Source: an uncultured Paludibacter sp. (GTDB lineage: Bacteria; Bacteroidota; Bacteroidia; Bacteroidales; Paludibacteraceae). Taken from it: DNA of 49,061 bases. Position 1 is the first letter of the stretch, and the number at the start of each line of letters is the position of its first letter. Made by a program: the position numbers and the translations under genes. The notes under the pieces were generated by a model that was given only the letters and a program-made list of their open reading frames with translations, searched no databases and had not been told where the DNA came from. The stretch covers positions 1 through 49,061 of the forward strand of contig CALMZF010000097.1 in the NCBI GenBank assembly GCA_937870645.1, read 5' to 3'. Positions 7,614 through 18,224 of this stretch are shown here, in pieces.

Positions 7614-9671
7614 ATGAAATTCAAGTTAACACAGGACACAATCAAGAATGTAACAAAATTGGGCTTGTTTATCGCTTTGGTGGCCATTATTGTACAGCTG
7701 TTCCCCAAAGATAAGCAATTTAAATACCAGTACGAAATCGGTAAGCCCTGGTCGTATGAACTGATGACAGCCTCGTACGATTTCCCGATTTATAAGACAG
7801 AGAAACAACTCGATGCCGATAAAAAAGAACTGATGGAGAATTATTCTCCCTACTTTCAGGTGGACGAAAATGTAGCGACACAACAGTTGAACCGGTGGCG
7901 CTCCGACTGGAAATTGAAAAACAATACCGACCCGAAATATTTTGCCTTTGTGGAAAAAAAACTGAAAACCATTTACGAAAATGGCATTATCAGTTCGTTA
8001 ATGTATGACAGAATGAAATCGAAGGGTTATAAAAGCATCGTGGTGGTTAAGCCCAGCCGACTCACTGAGAATGTTTCTATTGACGAACTCCATACATCAA
8101 AGACTGCTTACGAAGAAATACTGATGGATAAACCTTACTTTATCAGTGATGCAGAACTCAGCAACTATAACCTAAACCTCTATCTGGTTGAAAATCTGAG
8201 GTATGATAGTATCACTTCTGAAGCAGTAAAGAAAGATATGTTCAAAAATCTCTCCCTCACATCGGGCATGGTGCAAACGGGCGAACGAATTATTGACCGG
8301 GGCGAAATAGTAACTCCCGGTACATATGCCATCCTTAACTCCATGAAAATTGAGTCTGAAAAAAGAAAATCTGTTTTCGAGGAATCGTACCTGGTGCTTA
8401 TTGGTGAAATCATCATCATTTTCATGTTAATTCTGCTGTTGACCTTTTATCTCTACCTGTTTCGTCCTTACATATTTGGAACTTCTAAAAATCTTGTTTT
8501 CATCGCCCTGATGATATTGTTGATTGTTGGATTGTCATCACTGGTACTTCGATTTTCCAGTTTGAGCATTTACATCGTTCCCTTTGCATTACTTCCCATT
8601 ATAATCCGGGTGTTTTTCGATTCGCGTACTGCACTTTTTGCTCATATTATTACCGTGCTGATCATATCGTTCATGGTTGACAATCCTTTTCTGTTTATCA
8701 TTTTACAGATTACTGCTGGTATGACAGCAGTGACTGGTCTCAAGGATATGACGCAGCGATCTCAGTTGACACAAACGGCTCTCTATATATTCCTGAGTTA
8801 TACGGTCATGTATCTCTCCTCTGAGTTCATCGCCGAAGGTGATATCGCCCGCATTCATTTTCTTCCAATAATCAATTTCGCCCTGAGTTCGCTGCTACTG
8901 CTGTTTGCGTACGTTCTTATTTATATTTTGGAAAAAATATTCGGGCTGATTTCGGCTATCACCCTGGTGGAACTGACCAACATTAACAGTGACCTGATGA
9001 TGAAATTTGCCGAGCAGGCACCTGGAACCTTCCAGCACTCGCTACAGGTTTCCAACCTCGCTACCGAAGCAGCCAAAAAAATTAATGCCAATAGTTTATT
9101 GGTTCGTACCGGTGCCTTGTATCACGATATCGGAAAAATGAAAAATCCACAATATTTCATTGAAAATCAGGAAGGAGGAAAAAATCCGTTACTTGAGATG
9201 AGTTACGAAGATGCTGCCAAAGCGGTAGTCAGCCATATAGCCGATGGCGTTGCTATTGCCAAAAAATACCGGCTGCCCGACCAGATTGTCGGATTTATCA
9301 CCACCCATCAGGGGCGGACAAAAACAAAATATTTTTACAACTCCTATGTAAATGCAAATCCGGGTATTACACCCGATGAAAATGTATTCATGTATCCCGG
9401 TCCCATACCTTTCAGCAAGGAAACAGCCATTCTGATGATGGCCGATGCGGTGGAAGCCCGTTCCAGAACACTGGGAGAATATACCGAGAAAAGTATCAGC
9501 GAAATGATCGAAAACATGATCGATTCTCAAATAGCAGACGGACAGCTCAAAGATGCGCCAATAAGCTTCAGAGATGTGGAAACGGTAAAAAAAGTGTTTA
9601 CTGAAAAAATTAAGAATATATATCACAATCGTATTACCTATCCGGAATTGCAAAATCAACCGAAAAAGTAG
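7614..9671 (+). CDS. 7TM-receptor HD/HDIG phosphohydrolase, PgpH/YqfF-like
   Basis: Extracellular N-terminal domain, about seven TM helices (residues ~270-450) and a C-terminal HD domain with HSLQVSNL...GALYHDIGKM...ADAVEA. Confidence 0.85.
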   Translation: MKFKLTQDTIKNVTKLGLFIALVAIIVQLFPKDKQFKYQYEIGKPWSYELMTASYDFPIYKTEKQLDADKKELMENYSPYFQVDENVATQQLNRWRSDWKLKNNTDPKYFAFVEKKLKTIYENGIISSLMYDRMKSKGYKSIVVVKPSRLTENVSIDELHTSKTAYEEILMDKPYFISDAELSNYNLNLYLVENLRYDSITSEAVKKDMFKNLSLTSGMVQTGERIIDRGEIVTPGTYAILNSMKIESEKRKSVFEESYLVLIGEIIIIFMLILLLTFYLYLFRPYIFGTSKNLVFIALMILLIVGLSSLVLRFSSLSIYIVPFALLPIIIRVFFDSRTALFAHIITVLIISFMVDNPFLFIILQITAGMTAVTGLKDMTQRSQLTQTALYIFLSYTVMYLSSEFIAEGDIARIHFLPIINFALSSLLLLFAYVLIYILEKIFGLISAITLVELTNINSDLMMKFAEQAPGTFQHSLQVSNLATEAAKKINANSLLVRTGALYHDIGKMKNPQYFIENQEGGKNPLLEMSYEDAAKAVVSHIADGVAIAKKYRLPDQIVGFITTHQGRTKTKYFYNSYVNANPGITPDENVFMYPGPIPFSKETAILMMADAVEARSRTLGEYTEKSISEMIENMIDSQIADGQLKDAPISFRDVETVKKVFTEKIKNIYHNRITYPELQNQPKK

Positions 9672-9706
9672 TGAGATATCTAAATTAAGTCAAAAACGAA
9701 CCTTTG

Positions 9707-9745
9707 CAACCTGCATGAATAAACACCTGCAGGTTGTTTTTTTTT
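9707..9745 (+). terminator. Rho-independent terminator
   Basis: 9-bp stem CAACCTGCA/TGCAGGTTG with a 12-nt loop, followed by T9 (9737-9745). Confidence 0.8.
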
Positions 9746-9786
9746 ATTACTGGCTATATTTAATTTAGCATCAGGAAAAATTGAAT

Positions 9787-9794
9787 TATTTTTG
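9787..9794 (+). promoter_or_regulatory. Bacteroidota -7 promoter box for the GH109-like gene
   Basis: TATTTTTG lies 16 nt upstream of ATG 9811 and downstream of the TTG at 9781 used by the ORF track. Confidence 0.4.
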
Positions 9795-9810
9795 TGCTGA
9801 TATAGTGAAT

Positions 9811-11103
9811 ATGAAAACGGATAATACTACTTATAAATTAAAAGCAGAGATTAAACCTCGTAAGGCAGATCAACACCACGTGTTGCAACTCGCCTGTGAA
9901 CCGCTGCCAATAGTGCGGATCGCTCTCATCGGGTTAGGTACCCGCGGAAGTCTGGCTGTAAATCGTTTAATGAATATTGAAGGAGCACAAATTGCAGCCC
10001 TGTGTGACATTAAAGATGAAAATCTTCGCAACGCACAAAATCATCTGAAAAAACACCATCAAACTCCCGCCGCTGAGTATATCGTTGCAGATGACTGGCG
10101 CCGGGCATGTGAAAATCCCGATATTGACCTGATTTATATTTGTACCGACTGGCTCTCGCATGTGCCGATTGCTGTGTATGCCATGGAACACGGTAAACAT
10201 GTGGCGATAGAAGTTCCGGCTGCCCTCACGGTAGATGAATGCTGGCAACTGGTGGATACGGCCGAACGTACCCGTCGGCACTGTATGATGCTCGAGAATT
10301 GCTGTTATGATTTTTTTGAACTGAATACGCTCAATATGATCAGGCAGGGGTTGTTCGGAGAAGTGATGCACGCTGAAGGTGCCTATCTGCATGACCTCAG
10401 AAGCCTGAATTTTCCACCCCGTGAAGATACCCGGAAAGGAATGAACCGACAGAAATTCAGCCGTGAGCACACCGGAAACCTGTATCCAACACATGGATTG
10501 GGGCCTGTTTGTATGGCAATGAAAATACACCGCGATGATAAAATGAATTACCTTGTTTCCATGTCCACCAAACAGCAGGGCATAACCGATTATGCCGGTA
10601 AAGTGTATGGACATAATTCACCCGAAGTCAGACAAACATACAAGCTGGGCGATATGAATACTACCCTTATTCGAACCGAGAATGAGAAAACGATTATGAT
10701 TCAGCATAATATCAGCAATCCGCGTCCCTACAGCCGTATTCATTCAGTTACAGGAACACGGGGATATTTCGAAAAATATCCCTTGCCCAAAATTGCTATT
10801 GAGCCGGATACCAATAATTTTCTGACTAAAAAAGCATTGAACGTGTTGATGAAAAAATATGAACATCCGTTTATTAAGCAATATGGAAAACAAGCTAAAA
10901 AAGTGAGCGGTTCCCGGGCACTCGATTTTATCATGGATTCCCGATTGATTTATTGTCTGAGAAACGGATTGCCGCTGGATATGGATGTGTATGACGCTGC
11001 TGAATGGTCGTGCCTGACTGAACTGACCGAATTATCTGTCACTAACGGGAGTTGTCCGGTTGAAATACCCGACTTCACCCGGGGTGACTGGAAAAAATAC
11101 TAA
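9811..11103 (+). CDS. Gfo/Idh/MocA-fold NAD-dependent glycosidase, GH109-like (alpha-N-acetylgalactosaminidase family)
   Basis: Rossmann start [13 protein letters not shown]109-like blocks [48 protein letters not shown] and C-terminal [15 protein letters not shown]. Start set to ATG 9811. Confidence 0.75.
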   Translation: MKTDNTTYKLKAEIKPRKADQHHVLQLACEPLPIVRIALIGLGTRGSLAVNRLMNIEGAQIAALCDIKDENLRNAQNHLKKHHQTPAAEYIVADDWRRACENPDIDLIYICTDWLSHVPIAVYAMEHGKHVAIEVPAALTVDECWQLVDTAERTRRHCMMLENCCYDFFELNTLNMIRQGLFGEVMHAEGAYLHDLRSLNFPPREDTRKGMNRQKFSREHTGNLYPTHGLGPVCMAMKIHRDDKMNYLVSMSTKQQGITDYAGKVYGHNSPEVRQTYKLGDMNTTLIRTENEKTIMIQHNISNPRPYSRIHSVTGTRGYFEKYPLPKIAIEPDTNNFLTKKALNVLMKKYEHPFIKQYGKQAKKVSGSRALDFIMDSRLIYCLRNGLPLDMDVYDAAEWSCLTELTELSVTNGSCPVEIPDFTRGDWKKY

Positions 11104-11135
11104 ACCACAACTTGATCTAAAGTCTATTTTAATGG

Positions 11136-11184
11136 AAAAAAAAGATTGCGCACTGTCTAACTGACAATTCGCAATCTTTTTTTT
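11136..11184. terminator. Bidirectional intrinsic terminator between the convergent GH109-like gene and metG
   Basis: A8-GATTGCG ... CGCAATC-T8: a GC-containing 7-bp stem flanked by complementary A and T runs. Confidence 0.75.
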
Positions 11185-11220
11185 GAAAGATGTAATGTGA
11201 TTAAGATACATTGAACGGCA

Positions 11221-13275
11221 TCAGCTTATGCTTACGCCATTGGTTACAAGGTCTTTGGGCTGAATCAGAACCAGTTTTCCATCCGAATTTTCGGCTGAAA
11301 GTATCATGCCCTCACTCATCACACCGCGTAATTTTTTTGGTTCGAAGTTGGCAATGAAGCAAACCTGAGTGCCGACAAGTTCTTCGGGGTTGGGGTAGGA
11401 CTGTGCAATGCCCGACAGGATGGTGCGTCCACCCATGCCGTCATCCAGCCGGAATTGGAGCAGTTTGTCGGCTTTCGGCACTTTGGTGCATTCCAGCACG
11501 GTTCCCACGCGGATATCCAGTTTCCCAAAATCATCGTACGAAACGGTTTCTTTCACGGCTTTTGGCTGATAATTGGCCAACTCATTCGCTTCTTTTGTGT
11601 TTTGAAGTTTTTGAACCTGTGCTTCCACTTGTTCGTCTTCAATTTTTTCGAACAATAATTCCGGTGTGCCAAGCTGCAATCCTTCTGCCAGTAAGTCTGT
11701 TTTACCCAATTCATTCCAGTTGAAGGTTTCCATGGATAACATCCGGCGGAGCTTTTCCGATGAGAACGGTAAAAACGGTTCGAAAGCAATGGAAAGATTG
11801 GCAGCAATCTGTAAACTGATGTTCAGAATGGTGGCTACACGGTTCATGTCCGTTTTTGCCAGTTTCCACGGTTCGGTTTCAGCCAGGTATTTGTTGCCGA
11901 TGCGGGCCAGGTTCATGGCTTCTTTTTGTGCGTCGCGGAAGTGGAACGTGTCGAGCAATGCTTCTACCTGAGTTTTTACATTTGTAAAATCAGTCAGTGT
12001 TTGTTTGTCATAATCGTTCAGTTCGCCCAACGCAGGCACTTTTCCTTCGAAATATTTCTGTGTAAGCACCAGTGCGCGATTGACAAAATTACCGTAAATG
12101 GCAACCAGCTCATTGTTGTTGCGTGCCTGAAAATCTTTCCAGGTAAAATCATTGTCTTTGGTTTCGGGAGCATTGGCAGTGAGCACATAGCGCAGCACGT
12201 CCTGTTTTCCCGGGAAATCTTCCAGGTATTCGTGAAGCCACACTGCCCAGTTGCGCGAGGTGGATATTTTGTCGCTTTCAAGGTTCAAAAACTCATTCGA
12301 AGGTACATTTTCAGGCAAAATATAGCTACCTTCTGCTTTCAACATACTTGGGAATACGATGCAATGAAACACAATATTATCTTTTCCGATAAAATGTATC
12401 AAACGGGTTTCCGGATCTTTCCACCAGGTTTCCCAGCTGCCGAACTTTTCGGGTTGTGCATCGCACAGTTCTTTGGTATTGGAGATGTAGCCAATTGGCG
12501 CGTCAAACCACACGTAAAGCACTTTTCCTTCGGCACCTTCCACCGGCACGGGAATTCCCCAGTCGAGGTCGCGGCTTACGGCACGGGGTTGCAATCCCAT
12601 ATCGAGCCAGCTTTTACACTGACCATACACATTCGGACGCCATTCTTTATGATTTTCGAGTATCCATTCACGCAGCCAGGGTTCATATTGGTCGAGAGGG
12701 AGAAACCAGTGTTTGGTTTCACGCATTTCGGGCACGCTTCCGCTGATGGCTGATTTCGGATTGATCAGGTCGGTGGCACTCAGCGATGTTCCGCAAGCTT
12801 CACATTGGTCTCCATAAGCGTTTTCGTTGCCACAATGCGGACAAGTTCCGGTGATATAACGGTCGGCCAGAAATTGCTGCGCTTCGGTATCATAGTATTG
12901 CTCAGTGGTTTGCTCAATGAATTTACCTTCTTCGTACAGCTTCTTGAAAAAATCGGAAGCCAGCTGATGATGAGTTTTAGAAGTGGTACGGGAATATATA
13001 TCAAACGTTATTCCAAAATCTTCGAATGATTTTTTGATAATGGCATGGTAACGGTCAACAATATCCTGCGGGCTAACCCCTTCCTTGCGGGCTTTGATGG
13101 TGATTGGCACGCCATGCTCATCCGAACCGCCGATAAATATCACCTCTTCGCCTTTGAGGCGCAGGTAGCGAACATAGATATCGGCCGGAACATATACACC
13201 GGCAAGGTGTCCGATGTGCACTGGACCATTGGCGTAGGGCAGGGCAGAAGTTACAGTTGTACGTTTGAAAGTCAT
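11221..13275 (-). CDS. metG: Methionine--tRNA ligase
   Basis: HIGH motif [14 protein letters not shown], zinc knuckle [23 protein letters not shown]-type motif KISTSR and a C-terminal tRNA-binding (EMAP/Trbp111-like) domain. Confidence 0.97.
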   Translation of the reverse strand: MTFKRTTVTSALPYANGPVHIGHLAGVYVPADIYVRYLRLKGEEVIFIGGSDEHGVPITIKARKEGVSPQDIVDRYHAIIKKSFEDFGITFDIYSRTTSKTHHQLASDFFKKLYEEGKFIEQTTEQYYDTEAQQFLADRYITGTCPHCGNENAYGDQCEACGTSLSATDLINPKSAISGSVPEMRETKHWFLPLDQYEPWLREWILENHKEWRPNVYGQCKSWLDMGLQPRAVSRDLDWGIPVPVEGAEGKVLYVWFDAPIGYISNTKELCDAQPEKFGSWETWWKDPETRLIHFIGKDNIVFHCIVFPSMLKAEGSYILPENVPSNEFLNLESDKISTSRNWAVWLHEYLEDFPGKQDVLRYVLTANAPETKDNDFTWKDFQARNNNELVAIYGNFVNRALVLTQKYFEGKVPALGELNDYDKQTLTDFTNVKTQVEALLDTFHFRDAQKEAMNLARIGNKYLAETEPWKLAKTDMNRVATILNISLQIAANLSIAFEPFLPFSSEKLRRMLSMETFNWNELGKTDLLAEGLQLGTPELLFEKIEDEQVEAQVQKLQNTKEANELANYQPKAVKETVSYDDFGKLDIRVGTVLECTKVPKADKLLQFRLDDGMGGRTILSGIAQSYPNPEELVGTQVCFIANFEPKKLRGVMSEGMILSAENSDGKLVLIQPKDLVTNGVSIS

Positions 13276-13319
13276 TTTAATGCGTTTGTTTTGTTGAATA
13301 TGTTGTTTTTTTTGGACTG

Positions 13320-13327
13320 CAAAGATA
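13320..13327 (-). promoter_or_regulatory. Bacteroidota -7 promoter box for metG
   Basis: CAAAGATA on + equals TATCTTTG on -, 44 nt upstream of ATG 13275. Confidence 0.5.
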
Positions 13328-13411
13328 CAGAGAATTTATTAAAAATTAATAAGAAAACTGCTAATTCAATAAGACGGTACAGGGTGCTTTTTCCAGCAAA
13401 TTTGTTTTGTT

Positions 13412-13419
13412 TAACTTTG
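13412..13419 (+). promoter_or_regulatory. Bacteroidota -7 promoter box for the POT transporter gene
   Basis: TAACTTTG, 28 nt upstream of ATG 13448. Confidence 0.5.
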
Positions 13420-13447
13420 CATCTTTACAACATTTAAAATCGTTATT

Positions 13448-14845
13448 ATGCCAGACGCTAAAACAAATTCTAAATTATTCAAAACAAAATTTTCAAGTGC
13501 CTTTTGGGTTGCCAATTCAGTGGAACTGCTCGAGCGCCTGGCATATTATGCTGTTTTCATAGTTATAACACTTTATCTTTCCAATATATGGGGTTTCTCT
13601 GATATTGAAGCGGGCGCTATTTCGGGTGTATTCTCTGCAACTTTATACTTATTACCACTTTTTTCAGGTGCGTATGCCGATAAAATCGGTTTTCGAAAAG
13701 CAATCATTGTAGCTTTCTTATTGTTGACAATCGGTTATTTAGGATTAGGTGTTTTACCAACACTGCTTGAAAGTGCAGAACTGGTAAGTTATGGTAAAAC
13801 AACAACTTTCACCGGGTTGAATGAAAGTTACTTACGCTGGTCGATAGTGCCGGTAATGGCGTTTATCGTTCTGGGAGGTTCGTTCATCAAATCCGTAATT
13901 TCAGGTACTGTGGCGCGTGAAACCACTTCTGAAAACAGGGCACGCGGATATTCCATTTTTTATATGATGGTGAATATCGGTGCCTTTACAGGTAAAACCG
14001 TTGTTGATCCGCTTCGCAGAAGTCTTGGTGATCAGGGACTTGTTTATCTCAATTATTTTTCCGCTTCCATGACCCTGATGGCTTTGATAGCTGTTATCAT
14101 GTTTTATAAATCAGCCGGTAAGCCTGCCGGCGAAGGAAAAAGTTTCGGGCAGATTGGGCGTGATATGATTAAAGTCCTGTCGAATGGCAGATTGCTTGCA
14201 CTGATATTAATTATCAGTGGATTTTGGATGATACAGAGCCAGATGTACGCTACAATGCCCAAATATGTAATCCGTCTGATAGGCGACGGAGCCACGCCGG
14301 GCTGGTATGCCAATGTAAATCCGTTGGTGGTGTTTGTGCTGGTGAATTTTATTACTTCATTTATGAAAAAGCGAACAGCCCTCACGTCCATGATCATTGG
14401 CATGCTCATCATCCCGTTTTCGGCTTTGGTGATGTCGTTTGGTAACCAGTTGTCTGCCGATACCATTCTCGGTATGCATCCGGTGGCTTTTATGATGATA
14501 ATTGGTATCGCCATGCAAGCTGTTGCCGAATGTTTTATTTCTCCCCGATTCCTGGAATATTTCTCCTTGCAGGCTCCGAAAGGGCAGGAAGGTTTGTATC
14601 TTGGTTTCAGTCATCTTCATTCGTTTTTTTCCTATCTTTTTGCTTTTGGACTTTCGGGTTTCTTACTTGACAGATATTGTCCCGACCCGCGTGGTTTCAG
14701 CTCTCCTGAGGCATTTGCCGCAGCTACCCAACATGCTCACTACATCTGGTATGTTTTTGTGGGAATTGGGTTGATTTCAGCCTTCGCTTTGCTTATTTAC
14801 GGACGATTAACCGTGAAAGAACTTAAAAAGGATACTCAGGAATAA
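13448..14845 (+). CDS. MFS transporter of the POT/PTR2 (proton-dependent oligopeptide) family
   Basis: ExxER-type motif ELLERLAYYAVF, PTR2 signature GAYADKIGFRKAI and about 12-14 hydrophobic helices. Confidence 0.8.
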   Translation: MPDAKTNSKLFKTKFSSAFWVANSVELLERLAYYAVFIVITLYLSNIWGFSDIEAGAISGVFSATLYLLPLFSGAYADKIGFRKAIIVAFLLLTIGYLGLGVLPTLLESAELVSYGKTTTFTGLNESYLRWSIVPVMAFIVLGGSFIKSVISGTVARETTSENRARGYSIFYMMVNIGAFTGKTVVDPLRRSLGDQGLVYLNYFSASMTLMALIAVIMFYKSAGKPAGEGKSFGQIGRDMIKVLSNGRLLALILIISGFWMIQSQMYATMPKYVIRLIGDGATPGWYANVNPLVVFVLVNFITSFMKKRTALTSMIIGMLIIPFSALVMSFGNQLSADTILGMHPVAFMMIIGIAMQAVAECFISPRFLEYFSLQAPKGQEGLYLGFSHLHSFFSYLFAFGLSGFLLDRYCPDPRGFSSPEAFAAATQHAHYIWYVFVGIGLISAFALLIYGRLTVKELKKDTQE

Positions 14846-15772
14846 TCATTGCTGCTCCTGTTTTCTAAGTTTTTCCTGCTCCATTTGTGCTCTGGACTTA
14901 CTCTGGGTTACAATGTAAACTCCTGCAAAAACAAGCAGGGTGGAAATAATTTTTTCATAGCCAAAACTGTCCATGCCCAGTCCCACAGCCACGAACGAAG
15001 CCACGATCGGTTGCATATAATTATACATACTCAGCGTGGTTGGCCGTACCGTTTTTTGCCCGATGGGTATTAAAAGATAAGTAATAAATGTGGCAAATAC
15101 AACGATGTAGCCTATTCTCAGCCATACACTCAGGTCCATGGCCATAAAATCGGTATGAGCAATCGATTTTCGCAAAACCGGATAGGAGACGATGGTAGCA
15201 AACAGAAACATCCACTTCATGGTCGTTACGGGCGAATACTTCGAAATAAGTTTTTTGAAAATAGTAAGATACAGTGCAAATGACAAGGCTGCTGAGAGAA
15301 TAATCAAATCGCCGGTAATATTACCCTTGCCGTTGCCGTTTGTGCTGTTCATTATCAGAATAAATGCACCCGAAGCGCCTACCAGCACACCGATGGCTTT
15401 CAGCCAGGTGATGGGCTCTCTGATGATAAGTGCCGCCAGCAGCATGGTGATGATGGGCAACATGCTGGTAACCAGCGAAGCATCAATGGGCGAAGTCATT
15501 GACAATCCGGTGATGTACGGAACTTGATTGAGAACAATGCCGAAAATGGATGCAAAAAACAGCAGAATAATGTCTTTGAATGGCACCTTTTCTTTTTTCA
15601 AAAATAAGGAAAGCAGCCAGAATAAGGCAGTTGAACCAGCTAACCGGAGAAAAGTGAGCGAAAACGGATCGATCAGTTCAGGAATGATGGTGCGTGAAAG
15701 GGGTGTGTTGAGACCGAATATCAGGTTAGCCCCGAACAGGGCGATATGACCGTGTTTTTTGGTGAGTAGCAT
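14846..15772 (-). CDS. DMT superfamily transporter with two EamA domains
   Basis: Ten predicted TM helices arranged as two EamA-like halves. Its stop abuts the stop of the convergent POT gene. Confidence 0.8.
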   Translation of the reverse strand: MLLTKKHGHIALFGANLIFGLNTPLSRTIIPELIDPFSLTFLRLAGSTALFWLLSLFLKKEKVPFKDIILLFFASIFGIVLNQVPYITGLSMTSPIDASLVTSMLPIITMLLAALIIREPITWLKAIGVLVGASGAFILIMNSTNGNGKGNITGDLIILSAALSFALYLTIFKKLISKYSPVTTMKWMFLFATIVSYPVLRKSIAHTDFMAMDLSVWLRIGYIVVFATFITYLLIPIGQKTVRPTTLSMYNYMQPIVASFVAVGLGMDSFGYEKIISTLLVFAGVYIVTQSKSRAQMEQEKLRKQEQQ

Positions 15773-15833
15773 ACGTAATTTTGCAGTGGCAGGTTAAAAT
15801 CCTGCCTGGTTTTTTTTGAAAAAAATCAGGGTG

Positions 15834-15841
15834 CAAAATTA
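15834..15841 (-). promoter_or_regulatory. Bacteroidota -7 promoter box for the EamA transporter gene
   Basis: CAAAATTA on + equals TAATTTTG on -, 61 nt upstream of ATG 15772. Confidence 0.4.
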
Positions 15842-15876
15842 CTCAAATTCGGTGAGAACGGTTACGGGTGGCGAAG

Positions 15877-18204
15877 TTATTTCTGAACACGTTGTACCGA
15901 ATTGATTTCCTTTATTTTTATCAGGTTGTTTATCAGGTTATTGATGTCTTTTGTGTCGTGGATAATTACCTCAAATAATCCTAAAAAAACTCCGGCATTA
16001 CTTTCGATATTGATTTTACTGACGTTCACGTTGTTTTCCTCTGAAATAACTTTTAGAATTTCAATTACAATACCAATCTTGTCGATGCCTTTAATCTCGA
16101 GGGTCTCAGCAAAAAAAGCATTGTGAGTGCCCCATTCCACATTTACAATCCTGTTTCCAAAATTGCTTTTTATGATTGCCGCCACCGAGCACTGCCTTTT
16201 ATGAACTTGTATCATATGCTGTTCGCTTACGTATCCAAGTACATCGTCGCCGGGTATGGGGTGGCAGCACGAAGCAAGTTCGTACGACTTTCCGACGTCC
16301 AAATCGTTCAATTTGTATGTTTTCTTGAAATCGATTTTTTTGCTTTCAGGCTCCGGTTTGACTTCAGGAGTTTTTTTATCAGCCGATGAGCTGCTCCCAA
16401 ATGGATTTTTCAGAATTTTTGAAAATACACTTTGGGATTTGGTTTTGAAAATAATTTTTGATACATCCTCCAGATTTATCTGTCCCTGTCCGGCTTGCAG
16501 GTACAGATCGGCCCGTGTTTCCAGGTTGTAGTGATTCAGTAGTTTCACTATATTTTCATTCCCCGGTTTCTGCTGAATGTCTTCCAGTGCAACTTCAATT
16601 TTTTTCTGACCGGCGGTCATCAGGTTTTTTTCTTCTTTTTTGAAATACAGCCTGAGTTTTGATTTGGCATGCGCTGTGGTCACAAATTGCAGCCATTCGC
16701 TTTGTGGCGTTTGCTTTCGCGAAGTAAGAATTTCGACCTGGTCACCACTATTGAGTTTGTGATTAAGAGGAACAAGTTTATGATTAACCTTGGCAGCAAT
16801 GCTCCGGTAACCCACATCGGAGTGGAGCATAAAGGCAAAATCCAGTGCTGTAGCATCTTTTGCGATGGTTTTTATTTCGCCTTTGGGAGTAAATACAAAA
16901 ATTTCGGAAGCAAAAAGATTTAGCTTGAACGTATCGATGAAATCCATGGCGTTTGGTTCCGGATTTTCGAGCAATTCTTTGATTGTTTTCAGCCATTTAT
17001 CGAGTTCCGATACCTCGTCGTCGCCTGTTTTGTACTTCCAGTGGGCTGCCAGTCCTTTTTCAGCTATTTCGTTCATCCGCTCGCTGCGAATTTGGATTTC
17101 CACCCATCTTCCTCCAGGTGCCATTACTGTTACATGCAGTGCTTCATACCCATTGGCTTTGGGAGTACTTACCCAGTCGCGGATACGCTCGGGGTGAGGT
17201 TTATAGATGGCCGTAATGGCAGAATAAAGCATCCAGCACTGGTCTTTCTCATTGAGACCTTCTTTGGGTTTGAAGATGATGCGAAGTGCCAGAATATCAT
17301 ATACATCCTCAAACTGTATGTTGCGGGTGGACATCTTATTCCAGACCGAATAGACGGATTTAATCCTTTCCTTGAGTTCGAATTCATAGCCCATTTCTTC
17401 GAGTTTATGGTATATAGGCTTTGAAAACTCATTATAGAATTTATTCAGTGATTTTTTGGCACCTTCAAGTTTTTGCTCTATTTCGTGGTATGTTTCGGGG
17501 TGTTCGTATTTGAAACTGAGATTTTCGAGTTCGGTTTTAATTCTGAAAAGTCCCAACCGGTGGGCAAGGGGTGCGTAAATATATTCTGTTTCACCTCCGA
17601 TTTTGTATTGTTTGGCAGGTGGCATTGAGCCCAACGTACGCATGTTGTGCAGACGGTCGGCGATCTTGATTAAAATCACCCGGATGTCTTCCGACATGGT
17701 CAGAATGAGTTTGCGAAAATTTTCAGCTTGCTCGGATGCTTTCTCGCCAAATACTCCGCCGGAAATTTTGGTCAAACCATCGACAATCTCAGCTATTTTA
17801 GGGCCGAACAGATTGGCAATGTCTTCGGTGGTATAATCGGTATCTTCTACCACGTCGTGCAGCAAAGCCGCACAAATAGAGGTGGACCCAAGTCCGATTT
17901 CGCTCACCACAATACGTGCCACAGCCAGCGGATGAAGTATGTACGGTTCGCCCGATCGGCGCTTCACTCCCTTGTGAGCCGCACGTGCAAAGTTAAATGC
18001 TTTGGTGATTATTTCGATTTTCTTCCGGTGGTTGGTGTTCAGATAATCCTGCAACAACCCATCGAATTCTTTCTGAATAATCTCATCTTCAGCGGTATGA
18101 TCTGTATGATTGTTTTCGGTCATAGTACTTTTTTGCTGTGAATTCTGTGCGACAAGATTTTCCTCCACTTTTTCCTCTTTTTTCACAGGAATTAAATCAT
18201 TCAT
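15877..18204 (-). CDS. Bifunctional (p)ppGpp synthetase/hydrolase, RelA/SpoT family
   Basis: HD hydrolase domain (RRSGEPYILHPLAVA...LLHDVVEDT), synthetase domain (YDILALRIIF...GYEALHVTV...EIQIRS) and TGS and ACT-like C-terminal domains. Confidence 0.95.
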   Translation of the reverse strand: MNDLIPVKKEEKVEENLVAQNSQQKSTMTENNHTDHTAEDEIIQKEFDGLLQDYLNTNHRKKIEIITKAFNFARAAHKGVKRRSGEPYILHPLAVARIVVSEIGLGSTSICAALLHDVVEDTDYTTEDIANLFGPKIAEIVDGLTKISGGVFGEKASEQAENFRKLILTMSEDIRVILIKIADRLHNMRTLGSMPPAKQYKIGGETEYIYAPLAHRLGLFRIKTELENLSFKYEHPETYHEIEQKLEGAKKSLNKFYNEFSKPIYHKLEEMGYEFELKERIKSVYSVWNKMSTRNIQFEDVYDILALRIIFKPKEGLNEKDQCWMLYSAITAIYKPHPERIRDWVSTPKANGYEALHVTVMAPGGRWVEIQIRSERMNEIAEKGLAAHWKYKTGDDEVSELDKWLKTIKELLENPEPNAMDFIDTFKLNLFASEIFVFTPKGEIKTIAKDATALDFAFMLHSDVGYRSIAAKVNHKLVPLNHKLNSGDQVEILTSRKQTPQSEWLQFVTTAHAKSKLRLYFKKEEKNLMTAGQKKIEVALEDIQQKPGNENIVKLLNHYNLETRADLYLQAGQGQINLEDVSKIIFKTKSQSVFSKILKNPFGSSSSADKKTPEVKPEPESKKIDFKKTYKLNDLDVGKSYELASCCHPIPGDDVLGYVSEQHMIQVHKRQCSVAAIIKSNFGNRIVNVEWGTHNAFFAETLEIKGIDKIGIVIEILKVISEENNVNVSKINIESNAGVFLGLFEVIIHDTKDINNLINNLIKIKEINSVQRVQK

Positions 18205-18224
18205 ATTTTTTTCTGAAAAACCAC

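Noticed and set aside
9781-9810. The ORF track gives longer N-termini from TTG or upstream starts. TTG starts: 9781, 19451, 32638, 47380. Extended starts: 27001, 26354, 38708, 4707, 5303.
   Set aside because: In each case a downstream ATG gives the canonical family N-terminus or signal peptide. In several cases (9781, 19451, 32638, 27001) a TAnnTTTG promoter box lies inside or downstream of the extension.
11926-12753. A 275-aa ORF lies antisense to metG. Similar antisense ORFs occur at 36527..37255 (hisS), 9967..10614 (GH109-like gene), 48097..48720 and 34507..35046.
   Set aside because: All lie entirely within confidently identified genes on the other strand and have atypical, Phe/His/Cys-rich composition. 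They are typical antisense shadow ORFs.
14840-14850. Convergent genes have abutting stop codons and no terminator between them: POT/EamA here, xseB/pgeF at 23665/23668 and the methyltransferase/DUF340 pair at 30583/30596.
   Set aside because: This looks like ordinary genome compaction. No structure or repeat is present that would indicate a specific antisense-regulation mechanism.
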